DNA of 64,000 nucleotides from Sedimentisphaerales bacterium (GTDB taxonomy: Bacteria > Planctomycetota > Phycisphaerae > Sedimentisphaerales > SM23-30): the NCBI GenBank assembly GCA_963663965.2, contig CAXXFK010000029.1:192001-256000 (forward strand). Direction: 5' to 3'. The notes beneath the pieces were generated by a model. It saw only the letters and a program-made list of their open reading frames with translations. It did not search any database and was not told the DNA's origin. A program made the position numbers and the translations under genes. How positions within the stretch are numbered: the first letter of the stretch is position 1; the number at the start of each line of letters is the position of its first letter. Positions 19,582 to 30,754 of this stretch are shown here, in pieces.

Positions 19582-22208
19582 TCGTACGATGCTTTCAGGT
19601 TATATTGGTATTGATTTTTGGAGTCAGCTGTTGTGGCTATGCCGAAAATGGGCCAACTCATTTGGAATGGCAGGCTATTGCCGAGTTACCCGATCCGTTG
19701 GGGGTCGCCGGGCCGTTTGCAGGGATCAGTAATGGGGTATTCATCGTAGCCGGCGGGGCGAATTTTCCGGAACCAGTTTGGGAAACAGAAAAGCAATGGC
19801 ATGATTCGATTTATGTCTTATTAAAGGAGAACGATGAGAACAACATCACCTGGCGCTGGGAAACAGGTTTTAAATTGAAGAAACCCGCGGCCTATGGCGC
19901 ATCGGTAACCATTCCCGAAGGGGTGTTATGTATTGGGGGGAATAGCGGTACAGAGGTTTACAACGATGTGTTTTTGTTGAAGTGGGACAGTGAGAATAAG
20001 CGAGTTCAACAAGTTGAGATGTCGTCTTTGCCGGTTTCAAATTGTTATGGGTCGGCTGCGGTTCTAGGCGATTATGTTTATCTGGCCGGTGGGTGCAGTG
20101 AGGTTGAGTTAAAGAGCGCTACCACCGGATTCTGGCGCTTGAACATCAGTGATCTGTCTCATCCGCTGGAACTGGTTTGGGAATCCTTGCCGGATTGGCC
20201 TGGTTCTGCCAGGGCATTTAATATGACCGTCGCTCAACATAATGGTGTTACAGATGCCATTTATGTATTCAGCGGACGTTGTGTGGATGCTGATACCGGC
20301 GAGACGCAACTGCTTACCGATCTGTATGAGTTTTGTCCGTCAATCTACGAGTCTGATTGTTATGATCCGATCTCCGGCGAGTATCATGGGGCGGTTTCCC
20401 CGTGGCGACGTCGGAGTGATTTGCCCGCATGCCGGATGGCTGGAATTGCCGCAGCAGTAGGGCAAAGTCATATCTTTGTGCTGGGTGGGGATGATGGCGA
20501 GTATTTTGGGCGGGGAGATATTCTACATGATAAGCACCCGGGTTTTTCACGTCAATGTTTAGCCTATCATACGATTACGGATACCTGGGTGGAAGCCGGT
20601 GAAATGCCGGCGGCTCATGTCACCAGTGTAGCCGTTAACTGGGATGGCTCAATCATTATTCCAAGTGGTGAGGTCAGGCCGCGGGTGCGTTCACCGCGGA
20701 TCTGGTCGATTCGGATGCAAACAAAAAATGCCGCATTTGGCCTGGTGAACAGTATTACCTTGACGGTGTATCTGTTCAGCATGGTCGCGGTGGGTTTGTA
20801 TTTTACCCGACGCAATAAATCGACGGATGATTTTTTCCGGGGTGGTCAGCGGCTGCCCTGGTTTGCGGCTGGATTGAGCATCTTTGCCACGATGCTGAGC
20901 TCGATTACTTTTATTGCCGTTCCCGCAAAGGCTTACGCGACCAATTGGGTTTATTTTCTGGTGAATATGACGGCCATTCTGGTTACGCCCTTAGTGGTCT
21001 GGACATTCCTGCCTTTTTTCAGGCGAATTGACGCGACCAGCGCTTATGAATATCTGGAGAAAAGGTTTAATCTGGCGGCCCGGTTGTTTGCCAGCGCTTC
21101 GTTTATTGTTTTTCAGATTGGACGGATGGCTGTGGTGATGTATCTGCCGGCGCTCGTGTTGGCGACGATTACCCCACTGACGGAATACCAGGCTATCTTG
21201 ATTATGGGGGTACTCAGTATGATTTACTGTACGGCGGGAGGGTTGGAGGCGGTGATCTGGACAGACGCGATACAGTCCTTTATCTTATTGGGAGGGGCGC
21301 TGGTGAGTCTGATTATTGTGATCTGGAATATTGACGGTGGACTGGGTAGTTTGTTGCAGATGGCGAGTGCTGAGGGGAAATTCCATCTGGTAGACTGGGA
21401 CTGGTCGGGTGGCAGTTTTATGACAACCGCCTTGTGGGTGGTGTTACTGGGTGGTTTGGGGCAATCCCTGGTCCCTTATACCTCCGATCAGGCGATTATT
21501 CAGCGATATATGGCGGTTTCTGATAAGAAGAGGGCGGCCCGGGCGATCTGGACGAATGCCGTTGCGATTTTTCCGGCCACGGTTTTGTTCTTTGGCATCG
21601 GGACGGCCCTGTTCGTTTTTTATAAATGTCATCCTGAAAAGCTGGACCCGGGATTTAAAACTGATGCGATATTTCCGCTTTTTATCGCGCGTGAGCTACC
21701 GGTTGGTCTGGCGGGTCTGGTCGTTGCCGGAATTTTTGCTGCGGCCCAATCTACCATATCAACCAGTATGAACAGCGCCTCAACTTCGCTGGTTACGGAC
21801 TTCGTGCGGCGGTTTGGTTTGTTGAAAGAGGAAAAGGGGTATTTATTACTGGCTCGGATTGTGACGGTATTGTTGGGATTGCTGGGAACGGCGCTGGCAT
21901 TGCTGTTTGCCACATCAGATATCAAATCGCTGTGGGATCAGTTTATGACGATCCTGGGATTGTTTGGCGGGGCGATGTGTGGATTGTTCTGCCTGGGGAT
22001 ATTTACGCGCAGGACACATGGGGTGGGCGCCCTGATCGGTGCGTTAATGGGGGCAGTGATATTGTGGTGGTTTCAGGGGCATACCCGGGCGCACCTGTTG
22101 TTGTATGGAACGGTCGGCATCGCAGGGACTTTTGTAACGGGCTATCTTGCCAGTTGGTTAATGCCGAGGCCGAAGAGAGATCTGACTGGTTTGACGATTT
22201 ATGACTGA
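19578..22208 (+). CDS. Fusion of a Kelch-repeat (NanM/mutarotase-like) domain to a sodium:solute symporter (SiaT-like sialic acid transporter)
   Basis: Signal peptide; [16 protein letters not shown] and further Kelch GG repeats to GGE-like SGEVRP; then multi-TM SSS with [45 protein letters not shown]. Confidence 0.9.
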   Translation: MIVRCFQVILVLIFGVSCCGYAENGPTHLEWQAIAELPDPLGVAGPFAGISNGVFIVAGGANFPEPVWETEKQWHDSIYVLLKENDENNITWRWETGFKLKKPAAYGASVTIPEGVLCIGGNSGTEVYNDVFLLKWDSENKRVQQVEMSSLPVSNCYGSAAVLGDYVYLAGGCSEVELKSATTGFWRLNISDLSHPLELVWESLPDWPGSARAFNMTVAQHNGVTDAIYVFSGRCVDADTGETQLLTDLYEFCPSIYESDCYDPISGEYHGAVSPWRRRSDLPACRMAGIAAAVGQSHIFVLGGDDGEYFGRGDILHDKHPGFSRQCLAYHTITDTWVEAGEMPAAHVTSVAVNWDGSIIIPSGEVRPRVRSPRIWSIRMQTKNAAFGLVNSITLTVYLFSMVAVGLYFTRRNKSTDDFFRGGQRLPWFAAGLSIFATMLSSITFIAVPAKAYATNWVYFLVNMTAILVTPLVVWTFLPFFRRIDATSAYEYLEKRFNLAARLFASASFIVFQIGRMAVVMYLPALVLATITPLTEYQAILIMGVLSMIYCTAGGLEAVIWTDAIQSFILLGGALVSLIIVIWNIDGGLGSLLQMASAEGKFHLVDWDWSGGSFMTTALWVVLLGGLGQSLVPYTSDQAIIQRYMAVSDKKRAARAIWTNAVAIFPATVLFFGIGTALFVFYKCHPEKLDPGFKTDAIFPLFIARELPVGLAGLVVAGIFAAAQSTISTSMNSASTSLVTDFVRRFGLLKEEKGYLLLARIVTVLLGLLGTALALLFATSDIKSLWDQFMTILGLFGGAMCGLFCLGIFTRRTHGVGALIGALMGAVILWWFQGHTRAHLLLYGTVGIAGTFVTGYLASWLMPRPKRDLTGLTIYD

Positions 22209-22210
22209 TT

Positions 22211-22314
22211 TATACCCAAAGGGTATGAAAATTCCCGATCGCTCGCAAGATAAGTTTTTACGTGAGTAGACTTATATCACGGCCCAGCGGGCATTTTCAA
22301 TTGTAAGCAGTATA
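22211..22314. repeat. ERIC-like ~104-bp intergenic palindromic repeat, copy 3
   Basis: TATAC...GTATA ends; internal inverted pairs TGAAAAT/ATTTTCA, CCCG/CGGG, ATAAGT/ACTTAT. Confidence 0.9.
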
Positions 22315-22337
22315 TCAAGAAGTCGTTCTGAGAATTA

Positions 22338-23504
22338 TCAGTGGATGAATTCGCAGAGGTTGGAGTGAAACAGGGAGTCAATTTCATGGTAGCGGTTTCG
22401 GTGGGTTTTAACAAAGAGGAAACCAAAAAGAGGAAATTTATGGAAATCGACTCTGGTGAGATGAAGGGGGCATTCCAATTTGCTGAGCAGGGCGTCATAG
22501 TCAAAGGCGTTAATTTTTCTGCCAGGAATACCGGTTGAGTTGTTAAGGACGATCAGGCTATAATAATAATCGGTTTTATCGGCCAGGAGGGCATGCCAGT
22601 CGGGTGCGGTATCATTAAAAAAGCATTCGTAAGAGTTGAAGCCATAGCAATGGCCGGTGAAATCGCCGGTAGTGCACCAGCCGCCGAACCGGAGGGGATT
22701 GATTTCGATGGGGCGTAAGATACCATGGGAATCGATGCGGACTTCGATGTGGAGCGGGATGTTTTGCAGGCCGACTAATTCTCCCAGATCATGCAGGAAG
22801 GAGTCAAAGGTGTTGAGGTTATTGAGAATAATGTCGCTGTTAGCGATATAAAGGCGGTCGCTGACATCGGAATCGGAAGAGAAGGGGTGATGCAGGATAT
22901 TGAGGATAACCGGTTGGCCGTGGCTGTTGAAATAGACATCGAGGGCGTATTCATCGCCGGTGATATACTGTTCGACGATAAACGAACCGGTATTGAGAAC
23001 CTGGGCCGGATATAAGCTCTGGATGTAATCGCATTCCTGGCGGATCTGGGCGTGAATGGCCGGCCAGTCATCAGGGTGATTGACACAGTGGACACCGAGA
23101 CTGAAAAAACCGATATTCGGTTTGATGATGAACGGGCAGGGGATTTGATCTGGTTGGAGGGTATCGAGTTGGCTTAGTGGAAATGTCTGGTAAAAGAAAT
23201 CGGGGAAGAGAGATTTTGTCAGGTTGCGGAAAGCGGCTTTGTCTTTAAAGAGCAGGACATCTTGAGCGAGTTTGGTAAAACCGAGATTCGTTTCGAGCCA
23301 TGCAATGGCGTTTTCGGAGGAGGTATAGAGGCGGGGAAGGGGATGGTGGTGGTAGCGGCTGATGGCGTCTGATTGGGCGATGAATGGAACGGAATGACCG
23401 GCAAGCAGTTCGCGAGCCGGTGGGGTGTCGATGACTTCATACTGGTTGCGAACGATGGTCTGGATGAGGTAATCGGATATATGGGGATGGTCAATAATGA
23501 TCAT
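22338..23504 (-). CDS. ATP-grasp domain protein of unknown specificity
   Basis: KDKAAFR, PFIIKPNIGFFSLGV, IVEQYITGDEYALD, HIEVR..PIEINPLRFGG. Confidence 0.85.
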   Translation of the reverse strand: MIIIDHPHISDYLIQTIVRNQYEVIDTPPARELLAGHSVPFIAQSDAISRYHHHPLPRLYTSSENAIAWLETNLGFTKLAQDVLLFKDKAAFRNLTKSLFPDFFYQTFPLSQLDTLQPDQIPCPFIIKPNIGFFSLGVHCVNHPDDWPAIHAQIRQECDYIQSLYPAQVLNTGSFIVEQYITGDEYALDVYFNSHGQPVILNILHHPFSSDSDVSDRLYIANSDIILNNLNTFDSFLHDLGELVGLQNIPLHIEVRIDSHGILRPIEINPLRFGGWCTTGDFTGHCYGFNSYECFFNDTAPDWHALLADKTDYYYSLIVLNNSTGIPGRKINAFDYDALLSKLECPLHLTRVDFHKFPLFGFLFVKTHRNRYHEIDSLFHSNLCEFIH

Positions 23505-23568
23505 GGCATGTCCAGGAAAAGTGTTTTAAAGCTAACATCTTAAGATATGGCCTGTTTAATAATTGGGT

Positions 23569-24357
23569 TTAAAGGATGGTGGGTCCATTAATTTCAAGTA
23601 ATAAGTCGTTGAAGATATTGTCTAATTGAGTGGAGTCACGGGTTTGCTGGGACGGTTGGTGGTCGGCTTGCAGGCGCTCCAGCTGATATTCGAGAAAATC
23701 AGAGATTGCGGGAATACGGGGACCGGAATCCAGTTCGTCACCGGAACGCTTGTGCTCGATTAACTGGTCAATTTCACATCGCAATTCCGGATCTTCAATC
23801 AAGGCATTGACTAATTTGATAAATTCGGTGGGAACCGGGCCCAGGCTGCGTTCGATCCAGAGACAGGCCAGGACCGGTCGCAGGACGTAGAAATACTTTT
23901 TGGGGCGGACAATATCATTTTTCAGATAGTCGCGATAATTATTCTGGGCCATACGCAAATAGTGATAACTACAGGCAATGGGAGAGTAGTAGCATGGCAA
24001 TATTGGTAGGAGTTTTTGTCTCAGGAGTGGGTGTTCGCGATAGATGATGGGCGACTGAAGCCATTCCAGCAAGGGCGGATTGGATTTGCGTAATAATTTG
24101 AGGGCTTTGGGCAGGTCCCAACCAGAGATATCGAGAACTGGATCGACAGGGCGCTCTATGACATCGCGCCTGTCCTGAATGGTCAGATAAGAGCGTGTGG
24201 ATTTTAAATAGATAAACCGCACATCGTAATCGCTGTCCATAGATTCGAAACCCCAGGCGCGACTTCCCGATTCGCAGGCATACAGGATGGTAACCTGCCT
24301 GGATTCGGCGATGTGATTCAATTCATTCTGGATGGCATCGATTATGGATTCGCTCAT
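23569..24357 (-). CDS. Pol-beta superfamily nucleotidyltransferase (YcgL/RlaP-like)
   Basis: YACESGSRAWGFESMDSDYDVRF, GWDL.KAL.LL.KSNP.LLEWL.SP, KKYFYVLRP. Confidence 0.9.
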   Translation of the reverse strand: MSESIIDAIQNELNHIAESRQVTILYACESGSRAWGFESMDSDYDVRFIYLKSTRSYLTIQDRRDVIERPVDPVLDISGWDLPKALKLLRKSNPPLLEWLQSPIIYREHPLLRQKLLPILPCYYSPIACSYHYLRMAQNNYRDYLKNDIVRPKKYFYVLRPVLACLWIERSLGPVPTEFIKLVNALIEDPELRCEIDQLIEHKRSGDELDSGPRIPAISDFLEYQLERLQADHQPSQQTRDSTQLDNIFNDLLLEINGPTIL

Positions 24358-24363
24358 GCTGCT

Positions 24364-25819
24364 TTATCGTTTATGGAGTAACGCGAAGTAACCTCCATCG
24401 TTCCAGGTATAGGTGATAGCATTGTCAGGGAGATTAGCTGGGATCAGGTCTGCCGGGATGGGCGCCGCCTGGGGGAGGGTCAGACGCGATTCAATGCATT
24501 CGAGGTCATCACGCAGCTGCATCAGCTTTTCGATGAGCTGTTCATTTTCCATGGGATCAATACTGCAGGTGCTATAAAGGATACGCCCGCCGGATTTAAC
24601 CGATTCGATGGCGCGCTGGAGTAGTTCGAGTTGGGTCTCGGCATTACGATTCAGTTGTGCCGGTTTAAGCAGGTGACGGGCTTCAACGCGGCGCGCCAGA
24701 ACACCGGTATTCGAACAGGGAGCGTCGACCAGGGCCGCGTCAAAAGGCCCGTGTGACGCGATGACGGAATCAAAATCGTCGGCGCGTACCGGTTGAATGA
24801 TGTCAATGCCCAACCGTTCGGTATTCTGCTCGATGGCTTCCAGTTTGCGGCGGGTCAGGTCGCAGGCGACAATCAGTCCCTGGTTATTCATCAGTTCGGC
24901 CAGATGAGTGGCTTTGCCGCCGGGCGCGGCACACAGGTCGAGGATTTTATCCCCCGGCTGAGGTTTTAAAGTAGGAGCCACTTGCATGGCCGTTGAATCC
25001 TGAATATAGAACAGGCCTTCGGAAAAAACCGGGCAAATTGACTGGATTGATACGGACCAATAGATGGATCGCAAGACCCAGGCGTAAAGCGGGAATGTTA
25101 TCAGCTTTCAGTTTTGCCAACAGTTCTTCTGATGATGTTTTAAGGCGATTTGGGCGTAACGTGATGGTGGGGCGAATATTGTTGGTCCGGCAGATTCGTT
25201 CGGTCGTTTCCAAGCCGAATTTTTTTATCCAGCGATCCGTTAACCAGCGGGGATGACTCCAGACCAAAGAGAGGTATTTATCCGGTGTGCGTTTTTTTTC
25301 GGGTAGAAAATCTTTTTTAAAAATTACCTGGGTTCCATCCGATAAGGGCAGGATCGCTTTTTCGGGAAAATATTTAGGATTATCGACCATATCGCGTTGA
25401 ATGGAACGAAGTAGCGCATTGACGAAATTGTCCGCACCGGTAATTTTAGTCTGACGGGCCTGTTCAACGGCTTGATGTGTCACGGCAAAATCAGGCGTTC
25501 GATCCAGATAGAGCAGCTGGTAGAGAGCAACTCTTAATATTTGTAGAATAACCGGGTCAATCTGTCGCATGGAACGGTTGCTGTGTTTTTCGATAATGTG
25601 ATCCAGCGTGATCAACATGCGGCAGGCCCCCAGGGCCAGTTCCCCGGCCAGGGTGCAGTCGCGGGGATCAAGGCTGACCTGGGATAGCGCGGTATCCAGT
25701 GACTCCTGGATCAGCTTATTTTCTCTGGCAAACAGATTGAGGCAATTGACCGCGATATTCCGGGCGGAATCGTTGGGAAGCAATATTGTTTTCTTTTTGG
25801 CCATTGATTGGTTATCCAT
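24364..25819 (-). CDS. rsmB: 16S rRNA m5C967 methyltransferase RsmB/Sun (NusB-like domain plus methyltransferase), frameshift at 25023-25028
   Basis: NusB-like ILRVALYQL, FVNALLR; WSHPRWL; LDLCAAPGGKA, DAPCSNTG, YSTCS; deleting one base in the A6 run reads LPGFSEGLFYIQD; adjacent to fmt. Confidence 0.9.
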
Positions 25820-26753
25820 TCAGGAAACAGTCACCGGGTGAGAGTTGGTGGCCATTGAGAAAGGCTTTATAGCTCATCACCTTGCTGTTTTGTGGTTTTA
25901 ATTCATGAATTTTAAGACTGCCCGAGCCGCAGGCTATGGACATATCCGGCAATAGGCAACCGGGCGGGCTATTGGCCGGGTTATCGAGAAACGACTCTGC
26001 GCGAACCAGAGTTAAGCGAATAGGTTCAGTATTGCCATGAGTGAGAAGATGACAATAACCGCCGGGCCAGGGCCACATGCCGCGAATCTGGCAGGCGATT
26101 TCATTTGCAGGTCTGGACCAGTCGATCGCTCCTGAGGATTTTTGGAGTTTGGGGGCTTTGCAGGCCAGGCTGTCATCCTGATGGTAGGGATGAATCGCGC
26201 CATCAGCGATTTTACGCAGGATTTCGCTGATTAACAGAGGTCCCATAGCTGCCAGGCGGTCATGTAATTCACCGGCAGTTTCCAAAGGATGGATCGGGGT
26301 TCGGTGTTGACCGAGGATGTTACCCGCATCCCATTGTTCGTTCAGTTCAAAGATCGTAATGCCGGTTTCTGATTCTCCGTTTATTATGGCCCAGTTGATC
26401 GGGGCAGCTCCCCGATATTTAGGCAGGAGAGAACTGTGCAGATTGAGAATCCGACAATTGGGTAAGGCCAGAATTTCTTTGCCAATCCACTGGCCAAATG
26501 CAATGACAAGAATAATGTCAGGATTGAGTGTCCTGATGTGTTCCACTTCTGATAGGGCATTGATATTTTCAGCCTCTCGAAAAGGGATACCCAATTCCCG
26601 GGCAGTCAGCTCGACGGGAGTGGGGGTAACCTTTCGGCCGCGACCGGCCGGGCGAGCCGGTTGCGTGAAAATTTCCACCAGCTTATGATTTTTTGCCAGA
26701 TAACTCAAACTGGGCATGCCAAATTGGCCGCTACCCATAAAAACTATACGCAT
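25812..26753 (-). CDS. fmt: Methionyl-tRNA formyltransferase
   Basis: MRIVFMGS, TQPARPAGRG, NLHSSLLPKYRGAAPINWAI, WDAG. Confidence 0.97.
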   Translation of the reverse strand: MRIVFMGSGQFGMPSLSYLAKNHKLVEIFTQPARPAGRGRKVTPTPVELTARELGIPFREAENINALSEVEHIRTLNPDIILVIAFGQWIGKEILALPNCRILNLHSSLLPKYRGAAPINWAIINGESETGITIFELNEQWDAGNILGQHRTPIHPLETAGELHDRLAAMGPLLISEILRKIADGAIHPYHQDDSLACKAPKLQKSSGAIDWSRPANEIACQIRGMWPWPGGYCHLLTHGNTEPIRLTLVRAESFLDNPANSPPGCLLPDMSIACGSGSLKIHELKPQNSKVMSYKAFLNGHQLSPGDCFLNG

Positions 26754-26788
26754 ACATGTATCCTTTGAAGTATCGAAATGACGGTATA

Positions 26789-29451
26789 TTAATCGATTTG
26801 GGTTTGGAAATCAAATTGTTCCAGAGCTTTATAATCGATTTTCCCTGTCCCCAGGAGCGGCAGGGCCTCTATTTTGACAACCTGGCGAATGTTATGCAAT
26901 CCAGAAAGCCCTGCATCTCTAATAATGGCATTGGCCTGATCCCGTTTGATATCCCGAGTGGTAAACAGAATGATTTCCGGACGCCCTTCTGTCGTGCGAT
27001 GGCCTATACAGAGTGCAGGGGCATCCGATTCTTCTGACTGAGGGGGTAGATGATCCAGCAGGGCTGATTCAATGGCTGGGAGAGAAACCATTTCTCCCCC
27101 TATTTTAACAAAACGTTTTAAACGGCCCTTGAAAGTAAGGATACCATCTTCTGACTGACTGACCAGATCCCCCGTACGGTACCACTGCTTGTCATCATAT
27201 TCGACGAAAGGACTTGGACCGTTATAATGAAGATAACCTGAGAAGATGGAAGGGCCACGGACCAGCAGCATGCCGGTTTCATTAAGAGCAACCGGCCGGT
27301 TGGTTTCAAGATGTACGATGGCATATTCCACGGAAGGCATCATTTTGCCGATAGTGCCGGGATGGGATTTTCGCTGGAGTTAACGCTCAGGATTGGAGAG
27401 CATTCAGTCACCCCGTAGCCTTCGATGATGACCAGGCGATTGCATTTTTCATGGACGAGATCATAGACCCGCTGGGGGCATTTTTCCGCGCCACTGACTA
27501 CCAGGCGCAGACTATCGATCTGGCCGGGAAGAGTGGTTCGAACGATGGTATTCAGAAAAGTAGGAGTGCCGACGAGCAGAGTCGCCTTCCATTTTTCGAT
27601 TATGCCGGCGAGTGAGGAGCCATGGGTTGGATTGGGATAATAGACGGCACGAATCCCGGTTATCAGCGGCAGGACCGTACAGACAGTAATGCCGAAAGAA
27701 TGAAAGGGAGGAAGAATTCCAAGCAGACAATCATCACTTTTAAGCGTAATAGAATTCAACGCGTCGGTTAGATTGGTCATGATATTGCGGTGGGTTAATG
27801 GCACAGCCTTGGGCAGGCTTTCTGAACCACTCGTATATAGAATCACGGCGTTTTCGGGGCAGGGAGCCTGATAGAGCGAGCGCCAATTGAGGTGAGCCGT
27901 AAGAAAGGCTTTGACTTTGTCAGTGATACTAACTTGATGACGAATATCCTCAATGCAAATCAGGCGATCCTGGATCGTTGAGGCATCAATGTTTTGTTTC
28001 TGTAGACGTTCCAGCAAGGTCCGGGAGGTTATTATTTGACCGACTTCGGCATTCTGAATGGTATGGAGCAGGTTGCGACCACCCAGCGTCCAATTGACCA
28101 TAACGGGAGTTTTGCCACTGAATAACGTTGCCAGATAAAATGTCGCGGAAGCGACAGAGGCAGGCATCATAATGCCAAGACGATCACCGGGTAACTTTTC
28201 AAATTTACTCTTCAAGAGGATAATGGCCAATAATAAATCGCGATAAGTTTTCACGCCTGAAATCTGGTCAGCCAGAATTGGCTTGTTCATATGGGTGGCA
28301 GCCCGGTTCAGGAATGCTTGGCAAATAGACTGATCCGGGAAATATTTTTTTTGATCAGAAAGGTAACAATCAGAGGCAGTCGTGAACCATTTGGTATCGG
28401 GCATAGTTATTTCCTTAGACCGCGATGGACCGGAGACTTCGCCACAGGCAGCCAGCATGACATCGGCCACTGTTTGCAACGAATCGACATTGATTTGCCA
28501 GATTCCATATTCGGATTCCAGCCAGGTTATCAGTTCGGCAATGGCCAGTGAATCCATACTGAGATCAACATTAAGTTGGGCGGTATCATCGAAGCTATCC
28601 AATCCAGTTTGTTGTTTCAAGTATTCAAAGACCTGATCACGAACTGTGGGGGGGATAAGATCATCCGTGATCGAATATTCTTGAATTTTCGGTTCAGGGA
28701 GAGTACGGGTGGTATTCTTCTCCCAGATGGAATAGGGAACGTAAGTGTTGGATTCAATATGAATGTTGAAATAATTTTCTAACCAGGTATTGAGGGATTT
28801 ACGATCAGCCTGCCTGGGAAGGCTGTCAGCTATCTCAAATGAAACGGTAACATGTCGGCGCGGCATAAAAAAAATACCGGATAATAATATACTCCAGAAA
28901 CCTTTTTTCAAGGTTTTGGCGACTGACGGTCGCATGCCAGAAGCCCAACCAAAACTGCTACCCCAAAGTCCTGACGTACGAACTAATACGATGGGGGTAT
29001 CCGGTAACTCTTTCAAGATGGTTTCTACAGCGCTGTTGGCCGCTATAACGGTATGATTGGAGGTCATTAACTGGCCGCTTGGATATAAAACCAGGTTATC
29101 ACCATTGCGTAATGCTTCAATACATCGATCAATGACCTGACGAACCTGCTGTGCGGAATCGCTGCCCTTTTTAGTCAGGCTGGGTAATGGGAGGATCCGC
29201 GCCCGCCGGGCCATGAAGCGGATAAAAAACCGGTCGATTTGTTCGCTGTCGGCCAGAGCCCGGGCCTTAAACCGGTTAAATAGATAAGCCATTAAAATAA
29301 TTGGATCGATGAGGGCGGGATGATTGGGCAGGAACAAAATCCCCTGGCGATGTTGGTCGATGATGGTATCCAGACCTTTCAGATGAATCCGATATCTCAG
29401 CCAGAGAGAGAGCTTGATAAAGGCTAACAGAATGAAGTCAATCACTGCCAT
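26789..29451 (-). CDS. Aas-like fusion: PlsC-type acyltransferase, acyl carrier domain and AMP-binding acyl-CoA/ACP synthetase (frameshift at ~27357-27361)
   Basis: NHPALID (HX4D), LVLYPSG; DLSMDSL phosphopantetheine site; YTSGSESLPK, EGYGVTE, YRTGD, GRLKRFVKIGGE, LGTGK; adding one base reads ENPIPGTIGKMMPS. Confidence 0.87.
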
Positions 29452-29454
29452 AAA

Positions 29455-30741
29455 CTAATCCTGCGGGGATAACGGTTCTTTGACCTTAAGCAAAAGTCCG
29501 CCACCAATGAGAAACAATATTGCAATAGAGACAATGCTGCAACGGACGGAAATATTATCACTGGCGCCGCATTTCTTAAGGATTACGGCGGTAAATCCCA
29601 TAATAAGGGGACCAAACACCGAGGCAAATTTACCGAGCATATTATAAAAGCCGAAGTATTCGGCGGTCTTATCTTCGGGGATTAAGCGGGCATAATAGGA
29701 GCGGCTCATGGCCTGCAAGCCACCCTGAACCAGGCCGACAACAATCGCTAAAATGTAAAAGTGCGCGCGGGTGGCCATAAGTGCTCCAAATACCGTTACG
29801 CCCAGATAGACAATGATCCCGAAAAGTATCAGCCGGCGGGCGCCGAACCGTTTGCCCAGATACCCATATAACAAAGCGGCCGGAAAACCGACGAACTGAG
29901 TAATTAGCAGCGCTTTGATCAGGTCTTCGGAAGGTAACTGGATATTTTTACCATAGTCGACGGCCAGACGGAAAATCGTATCGACACCGTCAATATAGCA
30001 CCAATAGGCCAATAGAAAAAGAAAGATGGGTTTATGTCGTCGGATATCCCGGAAAGTATTAAGCAATTCTTTCAGGCTGGCGATCATCGAGAATCGGGAA
30101 CGGATTTTCGTATTTTTTTTCTCTTTGACATAAAGGAGCAGCGGAAGTGTGAAAAGAAACCACCAGAGTGCAACCGTTAAAAATGAGACTTTTGTGGCAG
30201 TAATCGCATCAGGCAGGCCAAATTTATTCGGGGCTGTGACCATCAAAACATTGACCGCAAAGAGAAGGCCTCCACCAAGGTAGCCCATGGAGTAGCCCAG
30301 GGCGGATACCATGTCATATTTGGCAGGGGTTGCGATGTCTTTCAGCATGGCATCGTAAAAAACGAGCGAGCCGCTAAAACCCACTATTCCGCCAACCAGT
30401 AAAACCATGGGGGCCAGGACCATGTTCTGTTCGATCAGATATAGACCGGCGGTACAGATGATGCCTAAAAGAACAAAGACGGCCAGGAAGGTTTTTTTAA
30501 GATTGCCCTGATCCGCCATGGCCCCCAGAATCGGGGCCAGGCACAGGACGATAATACTGCCGAGCGAATTAGCAAGTGTCAACCGGTAAGTGCTGTCGAC
30601 AGGGCCCATGTCCTTACAGCAATATTCCTTGAAAAAAATGGGAAAGAATGCTGCGAGTACTGTTGTGGCATAAGCGGAATTGGCCCAATCGTAGAGCGCC
30701 CAACTCCAAATGGTACGATTCGTTTGTTTTAATGAGGCCAT
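29455..30741 (-). CDS. MFS transporter (UMF1/Atg22-like family)
   Basis: WALYDWANSAY, FYDAML, GYSMGYLGG, YIDGVDTI, QAMSRSYY, FGFYNMLGKF; about 12 TM segments. Confidence 0.9.
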   Translation of the reverse strand: MASLKQTNRTIWSWALYDWANSAYATTVLAAFFPIFFKEYCCKDMGPVDSTYRLTLANSLGSIIVLCLAPILGAMADQGNLKKTFLAVFVLLGIICTAGLYLIEQNMVLAPMVLLVGGIVGFSGSLVFYDAMLKDIATPAKYDMVSALGYSMGYLGGGLLFAVNVLMVTAPNKFGLPDAITATKVSFLTVALWWFLFTLPLLLYVKEKKNTKIRSRFSMIASLKELLNTFRDIRRHKPIFLFLLAYWCYIDGVDTIFRLAVDYGKNIQLPSEDLIKALLITQFVGFPAALLYGYLGKRFGARRLILFGIIVYLGVTVFGALMATRAHFYILAIVVGLVQGGLQAMSRSYYARLIPEDKTAEYFGFYNMLGKFASVFGPLIMGFTAVILKKCGASDNISVRCSIVSIAILFLIGGGLLLKVKEPLSPQD

Positions 30742-30754
30742 AGACTCAGGCGAC

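Noticed and set aside
4030..27365. Programmed frameshifting or phase variation at the split genes
   Set aside because: There are no slippery heptamers or long tracts, and the affected genes include housekeeping rsmB; assembly error is more parsimonious.
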